DNA of 64,000 nucleotides. It comes from Anaeramoeba ignava BMAN. Taxonomy: Eukaryota; Protista; Anaeramoebae. The first letter of the stretch is position 1. Every line of letters begins with the position of its first letter. The translations under genes and the position numbers were made by a program. This document shows positions 1-14,534 of this stretch, piece after piece. The stretch is taken from assembly GCA_028826165.1 (NCBI GenBank), contig JAPDFW010000068.1:62001-126000 (forward strand). Direction: 5' to 3'. Below the pieces are notes generated by a model. That model was not told where the DNA came from and did no database searches. It was given only the letters and a program-made list of their open reading frames with translations.

Positions 1-1431
1 TCACTATATCCTCCAAATATTGATATTTTATTGTCAAATTTTGATTTGAATCAGAACCAAAGTTTGTCCTTGTTTATCGCAAATGGAATGGAATTTTTTT
101 GGTTCTTTTGAATTTGAAAGAATTTTAACAGCATTTTTCATGAAAATTGGATCATTGATCCATTCCTCTAAATACATTTTATAATTGTAAATTTTTTCAA
201 TATAATTTAGGTTTTGGGAATTGCTTGGACTTTTGTTTTTTCTTTTGTTTTTGTTTTGCTTTTCTCTGTTGGATTTTTTTCTGTTTTTTGGACTTTGTTT
301 CGGTTTTTCTTTTTGTTGGAGTGAATCTTCTTGATCCTTAAATATATTTTGTGATTGTAATATTGTTGAATCCCAAGGACAAGAAATCCATTTCAATAGA
401 ATTTTTTCTGAAGGAAAATATGTTTTGTTTTGTTTATAACGTTCCACAAAACCCTCTTCATGAATTCTATATTTTGATTCTATTTCCTTGAAAACTGGAT
501 GATCTTCAATATCTAAATATTTGTTTTTGATATTAATTAAAGAATCTAAAGGTCGGAAAAGTTCATTTTGCTTGATTTTTTCTGGGTTGATTGAATGGGT
601 TGCAATCATTGAATTTATGAAGGAACTTTCTTGCGGATCTTTGTAATCTTGTGGGATGTATATTATCTGATTGTTGATTTGATTTTTTTCTTGGGATTTG
701 AATTCATGCTCGTAATTTTTAATCCATTTTTTAAAAAATTCTTGCTGCTTTTCAATCAATACATGTCTTTCAAGAAACTCTAACAAAGTTCCTTTTGATA
801 AAATGGGTGGAATTTCTTTGAAATATGGGATCCAAAAAAAGTTATTTGATATAAAACTAAGAAAATAATTAAAGCTTTTTGGGAATTGATTTTTGAAAAG
901 GGAAATTTTTTCTGGGAAATCCTTGATAATATTGAACAATTTAATCAATTTAAGATATGGTTGGAACAATTCTTTTGAAAGAATAATGTTGTTGTGATCT
1001 TTTTCCAAATCAATATTTATATTTTTTTCAAAATCAACACTTGGTTTTTTTTCCAAATTAATTTTTGTTTGATTTTCCGAATCAATATTTGCTTCGTTTT
1101 CAAAATGATTCCAAATTGGTATTAATATTTCAGGATAAATATAGTTTTTGTTTTTTTGAAAGAAATCAATGATTTCATTTTCAATTTCTTTGAAATTTGG
1201 ATGAAGTTTTTTGTTATAAATAAAATAAAGAATATTTTTGAAAATTTCTTCTGGAATTTCAATTTTTATTTTGTGATTGTTTTTCTGTTTTTTTAATATA
1301 TTGATTATAAATGGCCAGCCAGAAAATGTAAGAAGATGTTTATGAGATAAAAATTGTTGATTTGATAAAATAAATTTTATATCTGAAAATTTTTGAATTG
1401 GTTGATCTTTATTTTGATCCCAAACAAACAT
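1..1431 (-). CDS. BTB/POZ-like plus TLDc domain protein; runs off the window start, with a +1 frameshift near 40-48
   Basis: N-terminal FSDIKFIL..FLSHKHLL..EEIFKNILYFIY is BTB-like. C-terminal FHSICDKQGQTLVLIQ continues, after removing one A, as SKFDNKISIFGGYS, the TLDc signature. Confidence 0.7.
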
Positions 1432-1588
1432 AATTTTTTTTTAATTTTAAAAAAAAAAGAAAAAATGAAAATTAAATTTTTTTTCATTTTTTCCTTTTTT
1501 TTCTAATAAACAATTCAATTTAAAAAAATTTCAGTTTAAAAATTTAAAACAAAATTAATTTAAAAAAAAATTTTTTTTTATGTGATAA

Positions 1589-4500
1589 ATGGATCAAAAC
1601 GAAGCACAACTTTTTGAAGAAATTTTAATTAATATTTTATCACCAAATAATTTTTTAAGAGGAGAAGCTGAAGAAAAATATAAAAGTCTTTTAGAAAACA
1701 ATTCAGAATTATGTCTTTTTTCTTTAATAGATCGATTAGAAAATTCAAATCAACAAAAAGTATTTTTATTTTAAAAAAAAAAAATTAATTAATTTATAAA
1801 AAATAAAAAAAAAATTTTTTTCATAAATAAAAAAAAAAGAAACCAAAATTTAACAGAAAAATATTTAATTTAATTTAATTTTAATTTTATTTAATTTATT
1901 ATTTATTTTAATTTTATTATTTATTTAGGTTAAAGATTTATCAATGATTTTATTAAGACAATCTGTTATTCATAATTTTTTAGATGGTGAAAAATTATTC
2001 AATTTAATTCCTAAAGAATCTCAAGAATTAATTAAAAAAAAATTACTTGAGAATATAATGATTCAAACTACAAAATCTACACAAAAAAAAGTATGTGATG
2101 TTATTGCAGCAATTGGAGCAAATCAAACAAAAGAAGGTAATTTTTTAATCAAACAAAATAATCAGAAATTTAAATTTAAAACAAATTTAAATTCAAAACA
2201 AATTTAAAACAAATTTAATTGAAAACAAATTTAAATTGAAAACAAATTTAAATTGAAAACAAATTTAAATTGAAAACAAATTTAAAACAAATTTAAATTG
2301 AAAACAAATTTAAAACAAATTTAATCAGAAATTTAAATTGAAAACAAATTTAATTTAAAACAAATTTAAATTGAAAACAAATTTAAAACAAATTAATCAG
2401 AAATTTAAATTGAAAACAACTTAAATTCCAAATTAAATTGAAAACAAAATAATCAGAAATTTAAATTTAAAACAAATTTAATTGAAAACAAATTAAATTA
2501 CAAATTAAATTGAAAACAAATTTAATTGAAAACAAATTAAATTACAAATTAAATTACAAATTAAATTACAAATTAAATTAAAAACAAATTTAATTACAAA
2601 TTAAATTAAAAACAAATTAAATTACAAATTAAATTACAAATTAAATTACAAATTTAAAACAAATTTAAAACAAATTTAAATTTAAAACAAATTTAAAACA
2701 AATTTAAATTGAAAACAAATTTAAAACAAATTTAATTGAAAACAAATTTAAAACAAATTTAAATTGAAAACAAATTAAATTTAAAACAAATTTAAAACAA
2801 ATTAAATTGAAAACAAAATAATCACAAATTTAAATTACAAACAAATTTAAATTGAAAACAAATTAAATTCAAAACAAATTAAATTAAAAACAAATTTAAA
2901 ACAAATTTAAAACAAATTTAAAACAAATTTAAAACAAATTTAAAACAAATTTAAAACAAATTTAAAACAAATTGAAATTGAAAACAAATTTAAATTTAAA
3001 ACAAATTTAAATTAAATTACAAAAATTAAATTAATTACAAATTTAAAACAAATTAAATTTAAAACAAATTAAATTGAAAACAAATTAAATTACAATTTAA
3101 ATTTAAATTTAAATTAAATTAATTACAAATTAAATTAAATTCAAAAAAATTATAAAAAATTTTTTATTCCTTTGTCTCTTTAAAAGATCGTTGGCCGGAA
3201 TTAATTCCTTATTTGATGAAAATATTTCAAGATTCACAAGATTCTGTTAAAGAAAATATTTTTTATATTATTGAACAATTATCAATATGTTCAGGACCAA
3301 TTGTTGATAAATATGATGTTGATTTTTTTCCTTTATTTGAGGAATTTATGAAATCACAATATTCTGTTGGAATTCGAGTAGCAAATTTTAAAGCAATTTC
3401 AAGTTTTATTATTCTTATTCCTAAATCTGCTCGAATTAAATATCAAAATTTAATTCCTTCTATGTTTGAATTATTACAAGAATGTATTAATCTTGGTGAT
3501 TTTGATATTTGTGAACAAATTATACAAGAATTAATTGATTCTGCTGAATTAATTCCAAAGTTTTTTTTACCTCATATTTCTACAGTTGTTGATTATGTTA
3601 TTTCAATTACAACTTTGAATGATATTGATGAAAATATCCTTTTCCTTTTAAAATTCAAAATTCAACATTTATTTAAATAATTCAACATTTAAAATTCATT
3701 TAAATAATTCAACATCCAAAATTTATTATTTTCATTCATATTTATTTTCTTTGACTTAAAATAATTTTGTCAATTTTGACTTTTTAATGAATTTTTTTTT
3801 AATTACGTATTAGAAGGCTTGCATTAGAATTTTTAATCACAATTACACAAAAAGGAAAACCAATGATTAAAGGGATACCTAATTTCTTAGAAAGAATAAT
3901 ACCTATTACACTTGAAATCATGACTGATATAGAAGATGATGATAATTGGCAAAATTCATTTGTAAGCAATTAATTAAAATTTAATTAAAATTAAAATTAA
4001 AATTAAAATTAAAATTAAAATTAAAATTTAAATTAAAATTCATTTATAAAATTAAAATTTATTTATAAAATTAAAATTATAATTAAAATTAAAATTAAAA
4101 TTAAAATTAAAATTCAAAATTAAAATTAAAATTAAAAGAAAAATGAAACTGAAGTTTCTAATATTGATGTTGGAGAAAGTTTTCTTGATAGATTATCATT
4201 ATCATTAGGAGGAGAAAAAGTAGTACCAATAGCATTTCCACATATATCTACATTATTAGACTCGAATGATTGGAAACACAATTATGCAGGATTATATGCA
4301 ATAAGTTCAATAGGGGAAGGTAGTAAGGAAACAATAAGAGAGCATTTAGAATCAGTTATAAACAAAATAATCCCATTTTTCCAACATGAAAATCCACGAA
4401 TCAGATTTGTAGCATCAACAACAATTGCGCAAATGAGTATTGATTTTGAACCATATATTCAGAATGATTATCATGATTTAATTATTCCGGCTATTTTCCA

Positions 4501-6655
4501 AGTTTTACAAGATTCAGATTTCCCAGTTCTTCAAGCTCGTGGTGCGACTACTCTTATTAATTTCTCTACTAATTGTCCAACTGATATTTTGGAACCTTAT
4601 GCTGAAGATCTTTTGAAAAAACTTGTGGAGTTGTTGCAAATTGATCAAATTATTGTTCAACAAGAAGTTGTTACTGCAATTGCTTCTATTGCAAATTCAT
4701 GCACAAATATTTTCACAATTGTATAAAAATTGATTTATAAAATTAAAATTTATTTATAAAATTTATTTATAAAATTTAATTTATAAAATCAAAATTCATT
4801 TATAAAATTAAAATTCATATTAAATTAAATTTATAAAATTAAAATTCATTTATAAAATTAAAATTCATTTATAAAATTAAAATTCATATTAAATTTATAA
4901 AATTAAAATTCATTTATAAAATTTAAAAAGTATTACGACGAATTAATGAAATACCTCAAAAGTATCCTTATAAACGCAACAGATGAAAAATACTTAGTTC
5001 TTCGAGGAAAAACATTTGAATGTGTATCATTTATTGCACTTGCAGTAGGAAAAGAAATATTTATAAAAGATGCATTTGAAATATTAAATTTAATGGTTGA
5101 AACAGAAAAAAATATTAGCAAAGAAGATCCTCAACTGGATTATTTCGTGCACTCTTACACAAACATATCGCAAGTGCTGAAGCAATCATTTGCACCTTAT
5201 CTTGAGAACATACTTCCGAAGATCCTTGAGCAAGCAGGACAAGCTATTGACCAATATTTTTTAGATGAAATTGATGAAGATGACGATATTGATTTTGATG
5301 ATTTCACTGTGGTTGTTTCTGTGGACAAGCAGTTCGGAATCAAGACATCAATTCTTGAGGAGAAAGCTTCAGCAATATCATTACTTTATAACTTCGCGTC
5401 TGAAGTTGAAGAGGAATATTTTCCGTTTGTGGAAACAACTTACCAGACAGTGTCACCAATGCTGGATTTCACTGTTGACTCCAATATCAGAACACTTTCA
5501 ACAGTATGTATCACCGAGCTTGCTAAGTGTGTTATTGCGGCGTTTGAAGCTAAGTCACCAAATGCCGATCGGCAATATGTTAATAACTTCGTGGCGCTTG
5601 TGTGCGATCGATTCTGCGAAATTTTGAAAAAAGAAAATCAAACGATCGTTATTGCAGAAATTATTGATGGCATCGGTCAAATCTTCCAGACAGCAAAAGG
5701 CATTGTTGATTCCGCAAGAATCACGCAGGTCTTCGAAATCCTTCCCTTTGTTCTCGAGGCTAGCTACAAAAGGCAGCTCAATATCGAGCAGGAAACACAA
5801 AATGAAGACTCAGAAGACGATGATTACGAAGATGATGATGTCGAAACTCAAATGAAGAAAAAAGAAACCATTGAGAAGGAGATTAATCTCAACATCCTTG
5901 ATATTATTACACAGTCGTTTCTTTTCCACAAAGACACGTTTCTCGGGTTTTTTGATGCGAAAATTTATGAATACTATCGCGGACTTTCAGAGTCCCAAAA
6001 TAACTTCCACATCCATCTTTCAATCTGTGTGTTTGTCGATATTGTCGAGACAGGCGACTTGAACGCCTTTGCGAACTACTGGCAACATTTCGGCCCCATT
6101 GTCCTGAATTCCATCTCTTCAGAAGATCCACAATTGCGTCAATCTTCGGTTTACTCAGCAGGCGCCTGCGCAAAGTTTGGAGCTGATCTGTTTGCCCCAT
6201 CTGCTCCTCAGTTTCTTCAAGCGCTTGCAGACGTTATACAGGCTCAAGACTCCCGCGAAGAGCCCTTTGCAACTGCAACAGATAACGCTATTGGAGCATT
6301 TGGCAAAATTTGCTTTTTTCAACCGCAAAATATTCCTCTTCAAAATTCGTTGAATCTCTGGCTCTCCTTTCTTCCTGTTCAAAACGATCCTGATGAATCC
6401 GTTGCTACTTACTCTCTTCTTTGCGATTTTATCGAACAAAAATCTTCCCTTGTTTTTGGTAGGAATAATAAAAATGTTCCCCATGTTTTGGCTATTATTG
6501 CTCAAGTTATTGATACTGATCTTGTTGATAAAGTAGTTGCTCAACGAATGACAAAGATTGTTACTTCAATTAAATCAACTTTTGGTCAGAAATTTAATAC
6601 TTTTTTGAGAATGATAAAACCAAGAAAACTTGCTAATCGTTTAACTAAATTTTAA
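1589..6655 (+). CDS. IPO5: Importin-5 / karyopherin beta-3 (Kap121/Pse1 family). Exons 1589-1759, 1929-2136, 3187-3633, 3807-3961, 4139-4720, 4931-6655
   Basis: HEAT-repeat protein with LRGKTFECVSFIALAVGKE, GIKTSILEEKASA, ATDNAIGA, WPEL and DRLSLSLGG. Exon phases join in frame with four GT-AG introns and one AT-AC intron. Confidence 0.92.
2160..3150 (+). repeat. Intronic minisatellite (AAATTTAAAAC / AAATTGAAAAC / AAATTAC variants) filling importin-5 intron 2
   Basis: Visible tandem array inside GT-AG intron 2137-3186. Confidence 0.9.
3634..3806 (+). other. AT-AC (U12-type, minor spliceosome) intron in importin-5
   Basis: Starts ATATCCTTTT and ends TTAATTAC. Removal gives in-frame DIDES-IRRLALEFLIT, matching the importin-5 HEAT repeat. 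Confidence 0.8.
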
Positions 6656-8130
6656 ATTCAAATTTAATCAGAAAACAATTTAATGAATAAATTTAATCAG
6701 AAAACAATTTAATTATCAAATTTAATCAGAAAACAATTTAATTAACAAATTTAATCAACAAATTTAATTAACAAATTTAATTAACAATTTAATTAACAAA
6801 TTTAATTAACAAATTTAATTAACAATTTAATAAACAAATTTAATTATCAAATTTAATTATCAAATTTAATTATCAAATTTAATTATCAAATTTAATGAAA
6901 AAATTTAATCAGAAAACAATTTAATTATCAAATTTAATTATCAAATTTAATTATCAAATTTAATTAACAAATTTAATTAACAAATTTAATTATCAAATTT
7001 AATTATCAAATTTAATTAACAAATTTAATGAAAAAATTTAATCAGAAAACAATTTAATTAACAAATTTAATTAACAAATTTAATTAACAAATTTAATCAG
7101 AAAACAATTTAATTAACAATTTAATTATCAAATTTAATTATCAAATTTAATTAACAATTTAATCAGAAAACAATTTAATTAACAAATTTAATTAACAATT
7201 TAATTAACAAATTTAATTAACAAATTTAATCAGAAAACAATTTAATTATCAAATTTAATTAACAAATTTAATTAACAAATTTAATCAGAAAACAATTTAA
7301 TTAACAAATTTAATCAGAAAACAATTTAATTAACAAATTTAATTAACAAATTTAATTATCAAATTTAATCAATTTAATTATCAAATTTAATTAACAAATT
7401 TAATTAACAAATTTAATCAGAAAACAATTTAATTAACAAATTTAATTAACAAATTTAATCAACAAATTTAATCAGAAAACAATTTAATGAACAATTTTAA
7501 TTAACAAATTTAATTAACAAATTTAATTATCAAATTTAATTAACAATTTAATTATCAAATTTAATCAGAAAACAATTTAATTATCAAATTTAATTAACAA
7601 TTTAATTATCGAATTTAATTATCAAATTTAATCAACAAATTTAATTATCAAATTTAATTATCGAATTTAATTAACAAATTTAATTAACAAATTTAATTAA
7701 CAAATTTAATTAACAATTTAATTAACAAATTTAATCAGAAAACAATTTAATTAACAAATTTAATTAACAAATTTAATCAGAAAACAATTTAATTAACAAA
7801 TTTAATTATCAAATTTAATTAACAAATTTAATCAGAAAACAATTTAATCAGAGAACAAATTTAATTATCAAATTTAATTATCAAATTTAATTAACAAATT
7901 TAATTATCAAATTTAATTAACAAATTTAATTATCAAATTTAATTAACAATTTAATCAGAAAACAATTTAATTAACAAATTTAATCAGAAAACAATTTAAT
8001 TAACAAATTTAATTAACAAATTTAATCAGAAAACAATTTAATTAACAAATTTAATTAACAATTTAATTATCGAATTTAATCATCAATTTAATTATCAATT
8101 TTAATTATCAAATTTAATGAAACAATTTAA
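6655..8130. repeat. Intergenic minisatellite of ~13-bp units AAATTTAATTAAC / AAATTTAATTATC interspersed with AATCAGAAAAC
   Basis: Direct tandem repeats between the importin-5 stop and the next gene. Confidence 0.9.
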
Positions 8131-8230
8131 TCTTTTCTCTCTTTTTTTTAGAAATAAAATTTAAAAATTAAAAATAAAATTTCGAATTTTTTAATTTTCA
8201 TTTTTTTAATTTTCATTTTTTTTTAAAAAA

Positions 8231-10034
8231 ATGCAAAACTCAAAAATTGATCCAAAACAACAACAATTACAATTAAGTTTAAAAGAACTTGCAAGAGTAA
8301 ATATTGAGCATAAAAAACTTCTTAAACAATTAGAAATTGAAGAAGTAGCGAAAACACAAATGCTTCAAGAAAAACAAAAACTCCAAAAACAAAACTCAGA
8401 TCTTCAAAAAGAAATTAAAAATTTAACAGAAAAAAATGAAAAACTTGAAAATCAATTAAAAGAAAATCAAAATCAAAATCAAAATCAAAATCAAGATCAA
8501 GAATATGTTATTGAACAGAATTTACTTGATAAAATAGAGAGCTTTAATATCTCAATTGAAAATACTGATGCTAATTCTGTTGTTTATGTTTTATTGGAGC
8601 AATTATCACAACAAACTGAAAATTTTTCAAGTTTAAAATCTTTAAATGAATCTCTTCAACAAACACTTCAACAAAAAGAAGAGAAAATTGAAAAATATAA
8701 AAATAAATCAAAATCAATGAAATCAGAAATCCTAAAAGAAAAGGAATCTTTTAATCAAATCCAAAATGAAAAAATTCAATTAGAAAATCAAATCAAATTA
8801 TTAGAAAATCAAATTCAAAATCAAAATCAAAATCAAAATCAAGAAAACCAAACAAAATCTCCAAATCAAAATCAAATTGAAATTCATAATATTAAAGAAA
8901 AATACAAGAAATTAAAAAAGGAAAATAAATTGATTCTTGAGCAAAAAAACAAACTCGAAAATCAAGTTTCTCTTCTTAATTCAGAAAAATCTAAGATCGA
9001 ATCAAAATATCAAAAATATCAAAATAAATCTCAATCTGTTAAATCAGAACTCAAAAAAGAAAAGGAATCTTTTATTCAAATCCAAAATGAAAAAATTCAA
9101 TTAGAAAACCAAATCAAATTATTACAAACTCAAAACCAAGAAAACCAAACAAAACTTCCAAATCAAATTCAAGATACTTCAAAGCTTCATAACATTAAAG
9201 AAAAATACAAGAAAATTAAAAAAGGAAAATAAATTGATTCTTGAGCAAAAAAACAAACTTGAAACTCAAGTTATGTTTCTTAACTCAGAAAAAAGCAAAC
9301 AAGAAGAAAAATATCAAAAATATCGTAAAAAATTTGAAAATTTAGATAAATCAATTGAAAAGGAAAGAAAAATTGAGAAAAATTTCACAACAGAAAATAT
9401 TGAAAATAAAGTAATTCAACAAAATAAGATTTCTATTCTTGAAGAACAAATTAAAAACCTTAAAAATGAAAAGCAAACTCAAATTGAAAAAAAGAAGCAA
9501 TATAAGAAAACAATTAATCAAAATAAGGAAGAACTTGAGCAAATTAAATTGCAATTAGAAGAATCAAAAAAGGAAGTTGAAGAATTAAAAAATCAACTTA
9601 AATCATATTCAGAAAATTCAAACCAAAATCAATTTGAAGAAAATCAAAATCAATTTGAAGAAAATCAAAATCAATTTGAAGAAAATCAAAATCAATTTGA
9701 AGAAAAAGAAAATCAAATTAAAGAACAACAAATTCAAATTAAAGAAAAAGAAAATCAAATTGAAGAAAAAGAAAAGCAAATTGAAGAAAAAGAAAAGCAA
9801 ATCAAAGAACAACAAATTCAAATTGAAAAACAACAATTTCAAATTGAACAACAAAAACAAATTGAAAAACAATCACAAGAAATGGAAACAGCTTCTAAAA
9901 TAATTTCCGAAAATAATCAACTTAAATTAAAAATTAAAGAATTAATGATCCAAATTCAAATAAATCGATTAAATCTTCCTAAATTAAAAGAAAAGTTTGA
10001 GAATTTTGAATCTTTTCAACTTTATCGAAAATAA
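8231..10034 (+). CDS. Coiled-coil protein of unknown function with an internal ~100-aa duplication; frameshift near 9214
   Basis: ORFs 8231-9232 and 9234-10034 join if one A is removed. The upstream repeat copy reads AAG AAA TTA AAA AAG GAA AAT in frame. Confidence 0.65.
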
Positions 10035-10229
10035 TAAAAACATTTCAATTTAAATTTCAATTTAAAAAAAAAATCCTTTTTGTTTTGTTTTGTTTTTGTT
10101 TTGTTTTTTTTGAATGGAAAAATTTATTTTGATTGAAAAAAAAAAATTGGTTTTTTTTGTTATTTAAAAAAAAATCAAATCTTATTTGGAAAAAAAGAAA
10201 AGAAGAGAAAAAAATGAATATGAAAAGAT

Positions 10230-13200
10230 TTAAACACCAAAAGGTAATTGAGTAATATCAGCTTGTTGAATTTTCTGAGAACCATTAATTATGTATTCAA
10301 AACGAACACGAATAACAGAAGGATTTTGACCATAAAATTCATTAACAACTTGAACAACTTGATTGATAAAACCTGATTGATTTGCAGGAACTATAGATCC
10401 TGAAGGTTGAGACATTTTCAAGCTTCATATATTTAGGAACTGCAGCTTGAAATTTAAATTGTTCTAACGGAAATGAATTGCTGTTAAAAAAAACAAAGTT
10501 AATTAAAGTTGCTTTGGAATTCTGATCCTTTTTGAAATCCATTTTCACAGTTAATCCTTCTCCTTCAAACCCAATCATGCTTGGAATTGATTGTTGTGAA
10601 TTGCCTTGATTTGTTGTTGGATTCTGTTCTTGTTTTGTTTTGCTTTTTTGATTTGGATTTTTTTTGTCAAATTGTTTATGAAGTTGTTCATATGGATCTT
10701 GAACTGGAATTTTTAATTGATTTTCATTCATAAAAGATATTTTGATTTTGATTTTGATTTTGATTTTGATTTTGATTCATAAATAAATTTGGATTTGGAT
10801 TTGGATTTGGATTTGGATTTGGATTTAAATTTGGATTTGGATTTGATTGAAAAATATCCTTTAATAAATCAAGATCATTTGCTTTAGGTTGCTCCTTTAA
10901 TTCTTCCTTTTTTTCATTCACAATTTTTTTCACTTCTTGTGTCTGTTCTGTTTTTTGATCTTGAATTGGTTCATCGAAAACAATAAGCTCATCATTTTCT
11001 TTTTCTTGAGTTTTTTGATTTTTGATTTTGATTTTGATTTTGTTGTTTTGATTTTTGTTGTTGTTTTTTTGATTTTTTTGGTTCTTGAACAAGTTTCTTT
11101 TGTTGTAATTTTGACGATTTCTGATCTTCTTTTATAACTTCACTTTGAGATTCTGTTTGTGAATCAGTTTGTGAATCAGTTTCTGTTTCATTTGATTCAT
11201 CCAAAAGAGCAGAAATGGGGGGAATTTTATCCAAAACAGAAATACTGAAATCGCCATATTTAAAGAATTCATAAAATTCGCATGATCTTTGTTGAATTTC
11301 AATATCGACATTAGTTCGATATCGAGAAAAAATATCTTGAATTTTTGGAGCTTGATCAGGAAATCTTGTTGTTAGCTTAATTAAGCTTGTAATTAAATAA
11401 TATTTAATGTATTCCACATTTGTGTTTACAAGTAAAAATTCAAGTAAATCCACAACTTGTTCTGATGGTATTGCTTCGAAATGTTCAATTTCTTCTGTTA
11501 ATAAATCTCCAAATTCTCCAATACACCAAACTGCTACTTGTATTAATTTTTGTGGTCGATCTCTTTCTACATTTAGTAATGAAAAGAATTTGTGAACAAC
11601 AAATGATTGAAGTTCAGAGTATTCAATAATTAAATTGATAGTTTTTGCTGCGATTTCTTCACTAACATATTGACCAGCCTTTGATATTTTTTTTTTTTGA
11701 TTTTTTTAATTATTCAATTTTTTTCAATTTTCTTAAATTTATATTTATTCATTTATTTACAACTTCAAGAACTTCAATTAATGTTTCAAGTTGCCATTGC
11801 TTATCCCCATTTAGTTTTTCTATTGCCAAACAAATTTTAGAAGTTAAATCATTTCTAAGTTCTTGATTTGATTCCAGCATATAATTCATTAATTCTTTTA
11901 TTAAAGTTTTAGCATTTTTCTGGTTAACTAATGAAAATACAAGATCCAAAGCTCTTCTTCGAATTGAGATATCTGAATCATGTAAACAATTCACAATAGT
12001 TTTTCTTTGTCTTTGAATAGCATTTGGCACTTTATCAACAACTCTGGAAAGTGTATTTAATGCTACATATCTCAAATTGTTAGAATTTTTCGATAAAAAT
12101 TTACTGAGAATTGAAATTGCCATTAATTGGGATCTTTTTTCTGATTCAATTAAAAGAATTGTCATTACAGTTTCATATAAAACTGCATTACCAACATTAC
12201 TTGATTGAACTGAATTTGCAATCTTATATAAAATATTTTAAATTTCAAAATGAATTTTTAATTTTTAAAATGAATTTTAATTTTAAATTGAATTTTAATT
12301 TTAAATTGAATTTTAATTTCAAATTGAATTTTAATTTTAAATTGAATTTTAATTTCAAATCGAATTTTAATTTCAAAATGAATTTTAATTTCAAATTGAA
12401 TTTTAAATTTCAAATTGAATTTTAATTTCAAATCGAATTTTAATTTTAAAATGAATTTTAATTTTAAATCGAATTTTAATTTTAAATTGAATTTTAATTT
12501 CAAATTGAATTTTAATTTCAAATTGAATTTTAATTTTAAATTGAATTTTAATTTCAAAATGAATTTTAATTTCAAAATGAATTTTAATTTCAAAATCAAT
12601 TTTAATTTCAAATCGAAATTTTAATTTCAAAATGAATTTTAATTTCAAAATGAATTTTAATTTCAAATTGAATTTTAATTTTAAATTGAATTTTAATTTC
12701 AAAATCAATTTTAATTTCAAATCGAAATTTTAATTTTAAATCGAATTTTAATTTTAAATTGAATTTTAATTTCAAATTGAATTTTAATTTTAAATTGAAT
12801 TTTAATTTCAAAATGAATTTTAATTTCAAATTGAATTTTAAATTCAAAATGAATTTTAATTTTAAATCGAATTTTAAATTTCAAAATGAATTTTAATTTT
12901 AAATTGAATTTTAATTTTAAATTGAATTTTAATTTCAAATTGAATTTTAATTTTAAATTGAATTTTAATTTCAAATCGAATTTTAATTTCAAAATGAATT
13001 TTAATTTCAAATTGAATTTTAAATTTCAAATTGAATTTTAATTTCAAATCGAATTTTAATTTTTAAATTGAATTTTAATTTCAAAATGAATTTTAATTTC
13101 AAAATGAATTTTAATTTCAAATTGAATTTTAAATTTCAAAATGAATTTTTATTTTAAAATGAATTTTAAATTTTAAATCGAATTTTAATTTCAAATTGAA

Positions 13201-14194
13201 TTTTAAATTTCAAAATGAATTTTTAATTTTAAATTGAATTTTAATTATTATTCAATTTTTACTTTTGCTAAAATATCAGTCATTAATTGAGTTTTTTCTT
13301 TATCATCTTTTCCGAAAATTTGGAGAAGTTGAAGAATACTAATTTGTAGATAAGGATCTACAATTCCTGCAACATTGTATTCTGGTGAATGTGCAGTTTC
13401 TGAAAGTGTTTGCAAGATTTTACAAAGACCTTTTGTGAACTAAATATTATAAATTTGATTTTAATTTATTTTGAATTTTGAATTTTAATTATTTTAATTT
13501 TAATTTTGATTTTTATTTTGAATTTTGATTTAATTTTAATTTTAATTTGATTAATTACTTTCTTAAACTTTTCAATAGTTTCAGGATCAACTTCAATCAT
13601 AGATTTCATTAAAGATAAAGTAGCCAAAACAACAGCATGACTTTTATCAGTTAAAAGATTTCTAACACAACCAATAAATCTATCAAGAGTATCTGGGACT
13701 TTTCGAATAATTCTTCCAGCAGTTAAAATGGATTTTTTTCTAATAAAAGCGTCTTTATGATGAATAAGTTTTTCGACTTCTGGAGCCAAGTCTCTAGCCA
13801 TATCTTCAGTAGCAAGATTACCAAGCGCAGTAAGAGCAAGAGAAATAAAGAGACTATTACCCGAAATCAAATCATTACGCATCACATTTGTTGCAAGAAC
13901 AAGAATATCACTTTCTTCTTCTAATAGCATCGATAATCCTAAATATCCGATTTTTTTGCAAATAAATGATTCGGTTGCTATTAATTTCAGGCATTCTAAC
14001 TGCGCAAAGCTTGATGGAAACCCAATCATATGCATATAAAGCGCTTTTATTACATTTCTTGGTCGATATTTTGTGTCTTCGTTTCGGAAAAATGTTCGGA
14101 TTTTTGCACTTTCTGTTGCTATTAATTCCCGAATTTGTGCAGCTGTTTTACAAGCTCTAACTCCTCTTATTAAATCTTTTAAAGTTAATGACAT
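10230..14194 (-). CDS. AP1G1: AP-1 adaptor complex gamma subunit. Exons 14194-13559, 13439-13263, 12222-11761, 11678-10230; last exon has apparent frameshifts
   Basis: LKDLIRGVRACKTAA, NLRYVALNTL, DISIRRRALDL, VAVWCIGEFGD, DIEIQQRSCEF and ear-domain FQAAVPKYMKL; GT-AG introns in phase. Confidence 0.93.
12250..13245. repeat. ~18-bp minisatellite (AAATTGAATTTTAATTTY) filling AP-1 gamma intron 2 (12223-13262)
   Basis: Visible tandem array; source of the spurious NFKLNF / KLKF ORFs. Confidence 0.9.
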
Positions 14195-14534
14195 TTAATT
14201 TTGTTTAAAAAAAATGAAAAATGAAAAATGAAAAATGAAAAATGAAAAAAAAATATTGTTTAAATTTTGTTTAAATTTTGTTTTTTTTAAAATTTAAAAC
14301 ATTTTGACATTTTCATTTTGTAATTTTTTTAATTTGTAAATTTTAAATTTTTTTTTAAAAAAAAAATGAAAAAAAGAATTTAGAAGGAAAAAAAAAAGAG
14401 TTTTCTTTTTGTTTGAAGAGGAAAGAAATGAATTGTAAAGAAAAAAAAAAGAAAGGAAATTTTAAAAAGAAAAGAAAGGAAGCAAAAAAAAAAAAAAGTA
14501 TTATTATTAGTATTATTTGAAATTTGAAAAAGAT

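Noticed and set aside
6655-8130. Repeat array considered as a CRISPR array or telomeric tract
   Set aside because: No unique spacers, no cas genes, eukaryotic context, and no G-rich telomere-like unit.
12111-13010. Overlapping ORFs of KLKF / NFK / EIKI repeats; similar ILILIL and DFDF ORFs at 44280-44803, 46098-46392, 56723-56986, 58218-58464 and 59510-60125
   Set aside because: Microsatellite artefacts in introns or intergenic DNA.
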